The position numbers and the translations under genes were made by a program. Shown here in pieces: positions 27,201 through 36,189 of a stretch of DNA of 64,000 nucleotides. Below the pieces are notes generated by a model. The model was not told where the DNA came from. It made no database searches and was given only the letters and a program-made list of their open reading frames with translations. How positions within the stretch are numbered: position 1 is the first letter of the stretch; each line of letters opens with the position of its first letter. The DNA lies in the IMG/VR virus record IMGVR_UViG_3300031998_000011, positions 115,397 to 179,396 of that record; one strand, given 5' to 3'. Source of the DNA: a virus. Its lineage: Duplodnaviria; Caudoviricetes.

Positions 27201-29018
27201 CATGATTACGTGGAAGGCAAACTGAAAGAAGCCCATGTTCACGCAGACGATGACCTGGTCGATCCTGAGACCGGCCGCGAGATTCCAGGTGTTCTCACAG
27301 GATTCACCTATGTTCATAAGCTGAAGCACCTGGCTGAGTCCAAGTTGTCAGCCCGTGGCACTGGTGAATACTCTGCAGACGAAACACCCAGTGGAGGCGG
27401 CCGCACTGGCAGCAAACGCTTCGGTTCTCTTGAAACATCGGCACTCGTTGGACATCAGGCATTTGAGACGCTCAAGGACGCCAAGATCCTGCGCGGTCAA
27501 TCCAACGCAGACTTCTGGCGGTCCATCAGAACAGGCTCCATTCCTGTGATGCCCGGTGAGCCGCTGGTTCATAAGAAGTTCTTTGCACATCTCATCGGCT
27601 CTGGTGTGAACGTCCGCAAGACCCAGAAGGGCATCAGCACGTTTGCGCTTTCCAATGACGATGTGAATGAACTGACCGGACCAAGAGAGCTCCGCTCCAG
27701 AGACACGTATGAAGCCAAGAACTTCCGTCCAATCGACGGCGGTCTGTTCGGTCAGGACGTGTTCGGCATCAACGGCGACAAGTGGGGCTACATCAAACTC
27801 GATGAGCCGGTTCCGAACCCTGTCATGGAAGAACCACTTGCCAGACTTCTCCGTATGCCGGACAAGACTTTCATCGGTGTTGCGACCGGCAAGATCGAGT
27901 ACAATGGCATCCGTGGCCCGCTGCAGCTCCGTGATGCACTTGCGAACATTGACCTGAATAAGGAAGCCAAGAACGCGCTGATCGAACTGAAGAACGCTCC
28001 GACCAGTAAGAAGGATGCAATGCTGAAGCGCTACGTGGCAATAGAGCGCATGCGCCGTGCAGGTGTGAGTCCTGACAAGTACATGCTGGACAAAATCCCG
28101 GTGCTGCCTCCGCAGTTCCGTCCAATCACGTCGCACAACGGTCTGACGATGGTGGCTGACAGCAACTATCTGTATGCTCAGCTTCTGGATGCCAGAGATG
28201 ATGTGAGAGATGCGCGGGATCTACCGGAAGAGTTCCAGCAGCAGGCTCGTGAACGTCTGTACAAGGACTGGAAGGAATTGACCGGTCTGTACGAACCAGA
28301 AAACAAAGCCTTCAAGGCTAAGCATATACAAGGACTCCTGAAGTGGGCGCTGGGTGACAGTCCGAAGTTTGGTGCAGCGCAGAGAAAGGTTATCAGCTCT
28401 ACTGTAGACACCGTGGGCCGTGGCGTCATTACACCGAATCCCAGACTGAAACTCAATGAAGTCGGTATTCCGGAAGAGATGGCTTTCGGCATATTCTCGC
28501 CGCTGATCGAGCGCGGTCTGGTGCAGCGTGGCTACACTCCAGTGGAAGCCATAAAGCAAGTTCATGACAAGTCTCGGCAGGCTAAGGAACTGCTGACGGA
28601 AGTCATGAAGACACACCCGGTTATTATGAATCGTGCACCGACGCTGCATAAGCTGAGTGTCATGGCGTTCAACCCGGTACTTGTGACAGGACACGCGCTT
28701 CAGATCAATCCGAGTATCGTTGTCCCGTTCGGGGCCGACTTCGACGGTGACACCGTGAACATCCATGCGCCAATGTCTGACAATGCCCGTGAAGAGGCCA
28801 GACGTAAGATGTTCCCGGAGCGGAACCTGATTGCCATGAAGAACCGTCAGATAGCGTACAAACCTGAGAAGGAATACCTGCAGGGTCTGTACACTGCGAG
28901 CCATATTAACGATAAGTCCGGTGTACGCCCCATCTTAGTTAAGGATCTGAAGGAGGCGCTTGAGGCTTATCGCAAGGGACTCATCAACATTGACGATCCC
29001 ATTGACATTAAGAGCTAA
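24294..29018 (+). CDS. rpoBC: RNA polymerase beta(C)-beta'(N) fusion containing an intein
   Basis: Beta motifs: GEGG...DPVRSPES...VGL, YEDAVVISE, GDKIAGLHGNKG, SPLGVTSR, KLKH...SAR, KRFGSLE. Beta' motifs: PVLPPQFRP, NRAPTLH, catalytic GADFDGD (28731-28751). Confidence 0.95.
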   Translation: MPEAPVSPIQAAGTAMTNIRLTPDKPTKTAADWVRDMRMSPSVNKTTTGVETASVTGDLMLATSKKLLGISRGEREPDPKDSLEFQRFYGPAEYFAEHVLRDGNKLGRNILWKATNVGNLDFMPVNALDKHISDVYYDSKLAQMIDGSSPLETVDASYKTTRIGEGGVGDLDSAPDEMRTVQPSFLGFVDPVRSPESFRVGLDVYMTKNVMKGSDGKLYQKFINAHTGKEELVDSETIAKSVVTTPEMMNSKTKSVFAMGGPTGVRIVPRKDVDYYLPRADEAYSMSSNMVTMPSAVIGMRLLMGCLHPDTNVLIADDHNMIHMMPAKYLNAHKQRIPGMTSEFKTACYDMQNTVAKLTQKPRWFKKIVTKSGRVLVTSYDHRWPVLINGKMTLVQARDLKPGDTILRSAFRDVPNRRTFLNKHLITKDVAFFLGLLCRSAKSNKRGSVTFRYKCGADVRIRDAIHYVWGDCKPVIRQYKKDGFYCMTVRCEAIWQYVEDHIGFTDSTRDIPTEILSTYAEIVAEFLNGYTCDDTMMGTDSNEDIWILFIPNMKVRDELSFLFARIGTDTLYRDAPGADPNHVEIALKISDTSRLWNDMYKDTIKYVWEGPRCPIMVDIDINDNMYAVANGIVTHNSKYPLQAISLDNREAPLVRTLDEASGKDMSSLVGKFLGARFAPQGGVVTAVRKDRIDVIWDDGSKGAVPLYVNFPMNAKGFINNTPVIKAGMPFKKGQILASSNYTDKDGTAALGINLKSGWISWKGGTYEDAVVISEEAAKKLTSTTMYNTSVDLDKTISLGKKNYITWKPAEYTKEQMEQLDDNGVVRPGTVLHKGDPMILAVRTSEPSPGTMGKRILTDLSETWDHDHEGIVTDVVRTRKGVKVFTTVTAPAEIGDKIAGLHGNKGTIAQILPKEQMPQTKQGTPLDICFSPLGVTSRNNTAQLYEALLGKVAKKTGQIQIMPAFFEGDLHDYVEGKLKEAHVHADDDLVDPETGREIPGVLTGFTYVHKLKHLAESKLSARGTGEYSADETPSGGGRTGSKRFGSLETSALVGHQAFETLKDAKILRGQSNADFWRSIRTGSIPVMPGEPLVHKKFFAHLIGSGVNVRKTQKGISTFALSNDDVNELTGPRELRSRDTYEAKNFRPIDGGLFGQDVFGINGDKWGYIKLDEPVPNPVMEEPLARLLRMPDKTFIGVATGKIEYNGIRGPLQLRDALANIDLNKEAKNALIELKNAPTSKKDAMLKRYVAIERMRRAGVSPDKYMLDKIPVLPPQFRPITSHNGLTMVADSNYLYAQLLDARDDVRDARDLPEEFQQQARERLYKDWKELTGLYEPENKAFKAKHIQGLLKWALGDSPKFGAAQRKVISSTVDTVGRGVITPNPRLKLNEVGIPEEMAFGIFSPLIERGLVQRGYTPVEAIKQVHDKSRQAKELLTEVMKTHPVIMNRAPTLHKLSVMAFNPVLVTGHALQINPSIVVPFGADFDGDTVNIHAPMSDNAREEARRKMFPERNLIAMKNRQIAYKPEKEYLQGLYTASHINDKSGVRPILVKDLKEALEAYRKGLINIDDPIDIKS
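25209..26201 (+). mobile_element. Intein (331 aa) with degenerate LAGLIDADG-type homing endonuclease
   Basis: Starts CLHPDT, block B TSYDH, ends GIVTHN followed by Ser; removal restores RLLMG|SKYPLQA (beta RALMGxNMQRQA). Confidence 0.92.
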
Positions 29019-29054
29019 GGTAAGACAAATACCAGATCATACAAGGAGGCTTCA

Positions 29055-30020
29055 ATGCCATACATTCCCTACAGTCAGTTCATGCGCAAAAGCGCAGTCG
29101 CCGTTCTTACACCTGAAGCCATGCAGGCAGCTATGCAGCCGCCTCCGCAGGACCCTGGTATGATGGGAGGCCAGCCCCCGATGGATCCCTCCATGCAGGG
29201 CGGTATGATGCCTCCCGGCGGCGCACCTCCGATGGATCCGTCCATGATGGGTGGTCAACCGCCTGCCGGTGGTCAGGCACCTATGCCTCCGATGGGTGGT
29301 GCCCCTGCGCCAGCCCCAGCACCTGCCGGTGGTCTTCCGCCTGAGATCATGCAGGACCAGATGTTCATTCGGTTCCTTGCAGAAGCCTTCGGCGTTATGC
29401 TGGATCCACAGTCTGGTCAGTTCTTTGATCCGAACGGACAACCGGTTCCTCCCGAAATGCTGATGCAGGCTTACCAGGCATATATGCAGGCCATGCAGCA
29501 GATGCAAGGTGGAGCAATGCCGATGGATCCTTCCATGCAGGGCGGTCAGCCCCCGATGGACCAGATGGGTGGTGCTCCAATGGATCCCGCGATGATGCAG
29601 GGTCAGCCTCCTATGGATCCGGCAGCTGGTGGTATGCCTGCTGAAGGTGAACAGCCGATGGATCCCATGATGCAGGAACTGTCCGATCTTCTGGTTTCTG
29701 TTGTCGAGGACTCTGTTGTGACTCCGCTGAAAGATGCGGTGGAAGCCATCAACAAACAGATGAACGATCTGAAAGAACTCATCAAGGGTATGCGCGATGA
29801 GATGGACGTGGTTCGGGACCAGGTTGATGCACAGGAGCACACTACAGACAACCGTTCTGAAGAGGATACGGATGCCGAAAAAGCACTGCGTGAGCAGATT
29901 GCTGCTGATTTGAACCCGACGGTTCCTGTCGAACCTGAAGTCAAGACCGCGTCTGTTCAGCAAGAACCGGCTCAGTGGCGCCCGGTCAATATTATGGATG
30001 TTCTCAATAAACGAGGCTGA
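29055..30020 (+). CDS. Pro/Met/Gly/Gln low-complexity repeat protein with coiled coil
   Basis: YSQFMRKSA N-terminus; six PMDP repeats; heptad region; EVKTAS. Confidence 0.8.
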   Translation: MPYIPYSQFMRKSAVAVLTPEAMQAAMQPPPQDPGMMGGQPPMDPSMQGGMMPPGGAPPMDPSMMGGQPPAGGQAPMPPMGGAPAPAPAPAGGLPPEIMQDQMFIRFLAEAFGVMLDPQSGQFFDPNGQPVPPEMLMQAYQAYMQAMQQMQGGAMPMDPSMQGGQPPMDQMGGAPMDPAMMQGQPPMDPAAGGMPAEGEQPMDPMMQELSDLLVSVVEDSVVTPLKDAVEAINKQMNDLKELIKGMRDEMDVVRDQVDAQEHTTDNRSEEDTDAEKALREQIAADLNPTVPVEPEVKTASVQQEPAQWRPVNIMDVLNKRG

Positions 30021-30023
30021 ATC

Positions 30024-31130
30024 ATGGAACAGGGCGTTATCAAGCAGGCCGCGCCGGTACCGATGACACATACAAGTCGTCAGGCTTGGATTGACAATCA
30101 GAATTTTCAGAACAAGATTCGTGATATTCTGAATAGATTCAGTTCTGATGTGAAGTCTGAAATGGATAGACAGCAGCCGCCACCTGGTATACAGCCTGTA
30201 TCTGGTGTGCAGGGCAAGTGGTTCTTCCGGCGGCCTGCATCAGATGCGCCTTTCCTTGATTCTACGATTGATCCAAAACTGCAGGGCAGAACAACGACGA
30301 GGAAAACAGCAATGCTGACTTATACTGATTCCATGCAGAAGTATGCAAAAACACCTTATGCGGAACTGGCTGAAAGACGTGACGCTGGAGATGCAGAGGT
30401 CGTGAATGCTCTGAATACATCTACGCCAGCGGAGCTCGGCTGGAAGGCACTCGGTGCTGGTCTTGGTGCCGGCGGCGGTTATTTGGTGTCCAGATGGCTC
30501 CGTCGTAACGGTACGAAGAAGCAGCGCATGCTCGATATGCTGATTGGTGCTCTGATCGGCGGTGGTGGTGCTCATATTGCCCTGAACAGTGGGACTGACA
30601 ACAGCGGTCTGACACGTGCGGAGAAACTTCGTGCAGATGTTTATCGTGAATCGAAAGGTCAGACTGGCCCTGGTGATGTTGATCCCCGTGCAAAAGCATA
30701 CACAGGGAAAGACATGTTTATGGATGCCTATGGCGCATTGACCAGAGGTGTCGGCGCACTCGTTGGCGTGAAAGTCGGTGATGCTGTCATTCCTCTTGAT
30801 ACAGCACTGGCAAATGCTCATACGCACAGACTTGCTCTCAAGAATGGCATTACAAAAGCAGAAATGGGCCAGTACATGTCTACACCGCATACCCAAATAT
30901 ACAAGAGAGTTACCGGTCCTAATGGACAGGGTACTGTGAATATAATGGGTGGTGAGGGTGCCTGGGCAGGTAACTCCACTGGTAAAGTCCTGCATGGAAT
31001 TGGTTCCACTGTGAACAAAGCGATTGGCGGTGTTGGTGGTTACTTCGCCGGCGGCTATATCGGAGATCGTACAGGTAACTGGGTCTATGATCTGGTACAC
31101 GGTGACGAAGCAGACAAAGGGCGTGCATAA
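30024..31130 (+). CDS. Glycine-zipper protein
   Basis: VIKQAA; ALGAGLGAGGGYL...LIGALIGGGG; ends DKGRA. Confidence 0.75.
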   Translation: MEQGVIKQAAPVPMTHTSRQAWIDNQNFQNKIRDILNRFSSDVKSEMDRQQPPPGIQPVSGVQGKWFFRRPASDAPFLDSTIDPKLQGRTTTRKTAMLTYTDSMQKYAKTPYAELAERRDAGDAEVVNALNTSTPAELGWKALGAGLGAGGGYLVSRWLRRNGTKKQRMLDMLIGALIGGGGAHIALNSGTDNSGLTRAEKLRADVYRESKGQTGPGDVDPRAKAYTGKDMFMDAYGALTRGVGALVGVKVGDAVIPLDTALANAHTHRLALKNGITKAEMGQYMSTPHTQIYKRVTGPNGQGTVNIMGGEGAWAGNSTGKVLHGIGSTVNKAIGGVGGYFAGGYIGDRTGNWVYDLVHGDEADKGRA

Positions 31131-31139
31131 GGATTTCTC

Positions 31140-32987
31140 ATGCGGACTACGCTTGGCAGAGAACTGATCCGGTCGAAGTTGCCGGAGAAGTACAAAGGTT
31201 GGGCTGATAAGGTTCTCGACAAGAAGAACCTGACAGAACTCATGACCAAGATGGCCCTGGATGACCCTGACGGATACGTCGATGTCCTCCAGGACCTGAA
31301 CAATCTGGGTCAGACCGTCGTGTCCCTGTATGGCCGGAATACGGCTCTTCCGTTTGAAGACATCAAGATTTCAAAAGGTGTCAAGAGCCTGAACAAGCAG
31401 CTTCATGAGGTCATCGACAAGGTTCTGAATGATGACAATCTGACTGAGAAACAGAAGGAAGCCAAGATTACTGATCTCTGCTATAAGTACACCAAGAAGG
31501 TCGAGGACGCTGTATTCGCAGATAACGACCGGCGCTCAACTGCTTTCGCTTCACAGATCAACTCTGGTTCCCGTGGCAATAAGACGCAGCTCATGCAGAT
31601 GCAGTTCGGCAACATGGGTATGAAAGATGCCCTGAACCGTGACATGCCCTACATGATGATCGACCCCTATGCAATCGGCGCATCGCCGATGGGCTATTGG
31701 GTATCTGCTTCCTCCGGTCGCAAAGGTTACTACGACGTCCAGATGGCAACCGGCCAGTCCGGTTATCTTGGCAAGCGCGTGACTGCTGCAACACACGACA
31801 CTGTCATCAGTGAAGATGATTGTGGCACCACAGATACAGGCATCCCGTTCCCTGCGAACAGTGAGAAGAATATCGGTGCAGTCCTGCTTCGTCCTTGGCA
31901 TAAGTATCCGGCAGGCACAGTCGTGACTGGCAAGATGGTTGGCGAGGCTGATGAAGGCGAGGAAATGGTTCTTCGCAGCCCAATCACCTGCAAGAGCCGA
32001 CACGGAATCTGTGCCAAGTGCAGCGGTCTCGGCGAGAACGGTAAGTTCCCTGGCATCGGCGAGTTCGTTCCCATGAACGCAGCTCGTTCCTTTGTTGAAG
32101 TCATGACGCAGAGCTCAGTCGGTTCCAAGCACAAGGGCGGTGTCGGCGGCCGCAAGGTTGTCGATCCAGAAGGTGAAGATCAGCCCACCGGCTTCCGTGC
32201 AGCTGAGCGCATGTTCACTGTTCCGAAGAACTTCCCAGGCGGTGCTGTCCTGACACCTGTTGATGGTACCGTCACTAATATCCAGGCAGCGCCGCAGGGC
32301 GGCAGCTACATCACAGTTGGCGGTTCCACTGTCTATGCCTCGCCGGCTCGCACCATCAAGGTCAAGGTCGGTGACAAAGTCTATGCTGGGGACGTGCTGA
32401 CCAACGGTGTTCCAAACCCTGCCGACATTGTCGGTTACAAGGGACTCGGAGAAGGTCGCCGGTATTTCACCAACAAATTGAACTCAGTTCTCAAGGATCT
32501 CGGCTGGGGTACGGACCGCCGCAACATAGAGTCGTTCTCCAGAGCGTTCTTGAACAAGGTGGAGATTACGGACCCGGACGGTTTCGGCAACTATCTCCCA
32601 GGGGACATTGTGGACTACAGTGCAGTGGCCGCAGACTGGGAGCCGCGTGAGAACTCTATTACCACCAAGGCTGACAAGGCACTGAACATGTACCTGGAAA
32701 AGCCTGTATTGTACTACAGCGTTGGAACACGAATTACGCCCGAAGTGGCGAACACGCTGAAGAAGTACAAATTCGACGACGTGACGGTCTCCGATAAGGA
32801 ACCGCCATTCTCGGCGAAGTTCCTGCGGCCGACAGAGGCGCTGCAGCACAGCCAGTACTGGTTGCCCCGTATGGCGGGCGAACGGTTGCGCGACAGTCTC
32901 TTCGACGCAGCACGTCAGGGAATCACTGATCCCTATGACTCACCAAGTTATGTAGACAAAATAGTGGCACAGCCATTCAAACCATAA
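31140..32987 (+). CDS. rpoC: RNA polymerase beta' subunit, C-terminal fragment
   Basis: SGSRGN; bridge helix GRKGYYDVQMATGQSGYL; EDDCGT; RSPITC...GICAKC Zn site; trigger loop AARSFVEVMTQSSVGSKHKGG. Confidence 0.92.
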   Translation: MRTTLGRELIRSKLPEKYKGWADKVLDKKNLTELMTKMALDDPDGYVDVLQDLNNLGQTVVSLYGRNTALPFEDIKISKGVKSLNKQLHEVIDKVLNDDNLTEKQKEAKITDLCYKYTKKVEDAVFADNDRRSTAFASQINSGSRGNKTQLMQMQFGNMGMKDALNRDMPYMMIDPYAIGASPMGYWVSASSGRKGYYDVQMATGQSGYLGKRVTAATHDTVISEDDCGTTDTGIPFPANSEKNIGAVLLRPWHKYPAGTVVTGKMVGEADEGEEMVLRSPITCKSRHGICAKCSGLGENGKFPGIGEFVPMNAARSFVEVMTQSSVGSKHKGGVGGRKVVDPEGEDQPTGFRAAERMFTVPKNFPGGAVLTPVDGTVTNIQAAPQGGSYITVGGSTVYASPARTIKVKVGDKVYAGDVLTNGVPNPADIVGYKGLGEGRRYFTNKLNSVLKDLGWGTDRRNIESFSRAFLNKVEITDPDGFGNYLPGDIVDYSAVAADWEPRENSITTKADKALNMYLEKPVLYYSVGTRITPEVANTLKKYKFDDVTVSDKEPPFSAKFLRPTEALQHSQYWLPRMAGERLRDSLFDAARQGITDPYDSPSYVDKIVAQPFKP

Positions 32988-32997
32988 GAGGTACAGC

Positions 32998-35268
32998 ATG
33001 AAGAGTTTGATCGTTCGCAACGGTCTGATGACCAAGAACGCCGGAGACGAAGGTCCTTCCTTCGAGCAGCAGTTCGGCATTCTCACCAATTCCATGATTG
33101 CCGAGAAGCTGCCGAGCATGGACAACATGAAGCTCGCTTTCCAGCTCATCGAGAAGTCCGATGACGATACCAAAGCATGCGGCGCCGCTGTGTATATGAT
33201 TGGCAACTCTGTCGTGTTCGTGCCGTCCTTCTTCAAGGCGAACAAGATTCAGACCGGCGACATGATGTTCGTCGCCCAGACACAGCAGTTCCTGCCTCTG
33301 TCCGATGCATGGGTTGCGTGGCTGCGTGACAAAGATCTCTCAGATCCCGGCCAGCTCATACCTCGCGAGGCCGTGGGTGACAACAGTTCCGCTAAGGCTA
33401 CCACTATCCGTGACATTGCTGACCCGATCACCAAGACGGCTAAGCAGCAGATGCCAGAGTTATCCGACAAGATCCCTGGACTGTATGTCTGGAACGAGAC
33501 GAAGAATACTGCAGAGGACCAGATGAGCAAGTCTGCTAACCGTCTTGCTCCGGTATTCATGCGCGGTCTGCTGTACCTTGATCCTGATATGCAGAAGACG
33601 GCTTCCGACTGCGGCAGCGTTCTGAATGTTGCGCTGCATATGGGCAAAGACGTGGCGGAGTCCATGCTGGATAACCTCATCAAGAACGCCAACTTCATGA
33701 ACTCAACGCTGACTTTCTACAGCACGGATGCTGTGAATACCTTTGCCAAGGAAGCGGCAGCCATTGAAGAACGTGAGAACACGCCGACTGTGGAACTCAT
33801 CCTTCCGCTGACCAAGGAAGCCAAGACACTCAATTCCCAGGAACTGAAGGCTCTCCACAAGGACGGCTTCTTTATCCGAAAAGTTGCCAACGTTTATCTC
33901 GGCAAGGCTCCTGATGTGGTTCGCCAGAAAAATGTCGAAGGCATGTTCCGTACCCTGAATGCTCCTGGCAAGGCTGGCCTCCTGACTATGAACGGCAACG
34001 TTACCAAGCACAAAGTCCTGGCGCTTGTCGATACCAGAGACGGCTACGATTGCTGCTGTGGCTGGGAACGTGGCGGGCATTGGGAAGCACCGGCCGAGAA
34101 CTATAAGCGTCCGCGCCAGATGATCGTCATCACCGACGGCGAATATACGGAGCTGCCACATGATGTCATGCACAATGCTCAGGACTTCGAAGAGTGGAAG
34201 CCTGAAATGGCGGAAGGAATCGGCAAGGTCATCACCAACGGCAACTTCAAGAATGTCGAGTGGCATGACATCGTCCTGGTTCCAAGCTCCGGCTGTGCAT
34301 ACAAGATTCCGGATCGCTGCTGCCACGAAGCCAGCATCTACAGTGTTGCTGCTGAAGACTCCGGCCTGAAGGCCCCGATCATCAGCGAGGCATCTGTTGT
34401 CGTTCCGTTCGGCAGCCGCCTTATCAAGCAGAAAGGCTCCAGCGAGTTCGACCGTCCGATCTCCGTGGACGAAGCTGCCAAGAAGGAAGAAAAGAAGAGC
34501 CCGGATGCCACCACCCAGTCTCCGTATGTGACGATGGTCACGTTCGAAGTGTTCATGGGTGAGTATCTCAAGAAGAACTACCGCAAAGCCCGTGTTTACA
34601 ACAACGGCAGCGAGTTCGTGATTTCCGGCGACGGTGCTTCCAGTGAGCCGGTCTCCCTGAAGGAAGCCGCGCTGCACCTGGTGAAGGAATACGACATCGA
34701 GCCGGCGGTTGCCAAGATCATGCTCAAGGAAGCCAGCAACGGCGCTACCTATATCAGTCCGAAGAGCCAGACCTACTTCATCGAGAAGAAGGCTGAGGCG
34801 TTCGAGGGCGAGTATAACAACCCGGATGCCGATATCGCTTCCAGCAAATTCATCAACCAGCCGCCGCAGCTCCGCCAGATGGAGATGCCGACGATCCTGG
34901 AAGACCCGGCCAATCTGGAAAAGGCTGTCGAAACGGCTGCCCAGAACGGCATCAAGGAAGTGTTCGACATAACGGCGCTCAAGATTCTTGCTCGCCAGAA
35001 CCACTTCTTCGACGAGATCCACGACGATATCCCAGGCTTCATGAAGACCATCGACAGCCTGTGCCGCAAGCTGTTCCAGTTCTACTGGCACACGGACAAG
35101 ATGGAAGAGAAGTATGGTACAGTGAAAATGAAATCACTCGAAGACAGTCTCAAGTGCACACTTGACAGCCTGTCCGATCTGACCATCTTCTTCAAGCTCC
35201 GTACCGTGGACGGCACGCAGTCCACAGGCGACGTCACAGGCGAGCTGATGACTGGTCAGATGCTCTAA
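32998..35268 (+). CDS. Large head-module protein (putative inner core) with many K-x-A sites
   Basis: 756 aa; MTKNA, ITKTA, MSKSA, MQKTA, LTKEA, IRKVA, IEKKA. Confidence 0.7.
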   Translation: MKSLIVRNGLMTKNAGDEGPSFEQQFGILTNSMIAEKLPSMDNMKLAFQLIEKSDDDTKACGAAVYMIGNSVVFVPSFFKANKIQTGDMMFVAQTQQFLPLSDAWVAWLRDKDLSDPGQLIPREAVGDNSSAKATTIRDIADPITKTAKQQMPELSDKIPGLYVWNETKNTAEDQMSKSANRLAPVFMRGLLYLDPDMQKTASDCGSVLNVALHMGKDVAESMLDNLIKNANFMNSTLTFYSTDAVNTFAKEAAAIEERENTPTVELILPLTKEAKTLNSQELKALHKDGFFIRKVANVYLGKAPDVVRQKNVEGMFRTLNAPGKAGLLTMNGNVTKHKVLALVDTRDGYDCCCGWERGGHWEAPAENYKRPRQMIVITDGEYTELPHDVMHNAQDFEEWKPEMAEGIGKVITNGNFKNVEWHDIVLVPSSGCAYKIPDRCCHEASIYSVAAEDSGLKAPIISEASVVVPFGSRLIKQKGSSEFDRPISVDEAAKKEEKKSPDATTQSPYVTMVTFEVFMGEYLKKNYRKARVYNNGSEFVISGDGASSEPVSLKEAALHLVKEYDIEPAVAKIMLKEASNGATYISPKSQTYFIEKKAEAFEGEYNNPDADIASSKFINQPPQLRQMEMPTILEDPANLEKAVETAAQNGIKEVFDITALKILARQNHFFDEIHDDIPGFMKTIDSLCRKLFQFYWHTDKMEEKYGTVKMKSLEDSLKCTLDSLSDLTIFFKLRTVDGTQSTGDVTGELMTGQML

Positions 35269-35280
35269 CCAGGAGTTTGT

Positions 35281-36189
35281 ATGAGCCAGGAATCCGACGT
35301 CGAGATTCTGGAAGGGCCGGTCGTTCCGGCAGAAAAGACTCCCTCCAACACAAGGGAGTTTTTTCTTAGACCTCCGGATTGGCGATACCAGGCAGCCGTG
35401 AAGTATCTGAACGACGAGCTGCATGGTATTACGCCAACTATCCCGACGGATATCCATGTCCAGTACGCCGTCCGTGTGCTGCGGGCCTTCAACCAGCCTG
35501 CTACACGTATCTACATGGATGTGCTCTGTCCGGATGCCGTGGAGACGATCACGCTGGGTGTCATCATGAAGCACTCGGCGATTACAGCGGACATAGAAAG
35601 CTGCATCATCAGTGGCAGTACGACGGAAGAGCTGGAACTGGACGGGTTCTACATCCGGCCGGTTGTGTTCGACCTGTATGCCAAGTTGTTCTGCGATCTG
35701 TCGGGGATCACGGCTGTTCATGCCTGGATCCACGACTTTCTTTTAGAGCCCGAACGCCACAGTGAGAATACGACGCTCCTGAAAGCAAGACTGATGGCGT
35801 ACTACGGCGGCAAGAACATGGGCGGCACAGCGGCTGTCACAGGCTTTATCGACAACGAGACCCAGCAGCTCATGAAACAGATCACGGCGACGGAACAGCA
35901 GAAGCGCATCTTCGAGTACGTCGTGAGGGCTACCGATATGCGAGCCGAGGACTATGTCGCGGTCATGGAAGGAGCCGTTAAGAGTATGACGGAAAAAGAC
36001 TTTCAGGAGAAGATGCGCGACCGCGAGGAGGCCGGATCCAGTTCGCTTGAGGAACTTGCCGGTCATCTTGAGGAGGGCATCAGAGCATACAGCCAGAAAG
36101 AACTGGAGGCGATCAACTCCTCCGGTCTTGACTTTGTCAACCAATACACTCCCGTAATCATCCGAAAGGAACAGGACGATGGAAAATAA
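35281..36189 (+). CDS. Hypothetical head-module protein
   Basis: AGGAG RBS; 302 aa. Confidence 0.75.
   Translation: MSQESDVEILEGPVVPAEKTPSNTREFFLRPPDWRYQAAVKYLNDELHGITPTIPTDIHVQYAVRVLRAFNQPATRIYMDVLCPDAVETITLGVIMKHSAITADIESCIISGSTTEELELDGFYIRPVVFDLYAKLFCDLSGITAVHAWIHDFLLEPERHSENTTLLKARLMAYYGGKNMGGTAAVTGFIDNETQQLMKQITATEQQKRIFEYVVRATDMRAEDYVAVMEGAVKSMTEKDFQEKMRDREEAGSSSLEELAGHLEEGIRAYSQKELEAINSSGLDFVNQYTPVIIRKEQDDGK

Noticed and set aside
18727-32987. Interpretation as a bacterial rpoBC operon or a pseudogenised/misassembled copy
   Set aside because: The fragments are intact ORFs with RBSs and preserved catalytic Asp residues, are highly diverged, lack ribosomal-protein neighbours and sit among phage head genes.
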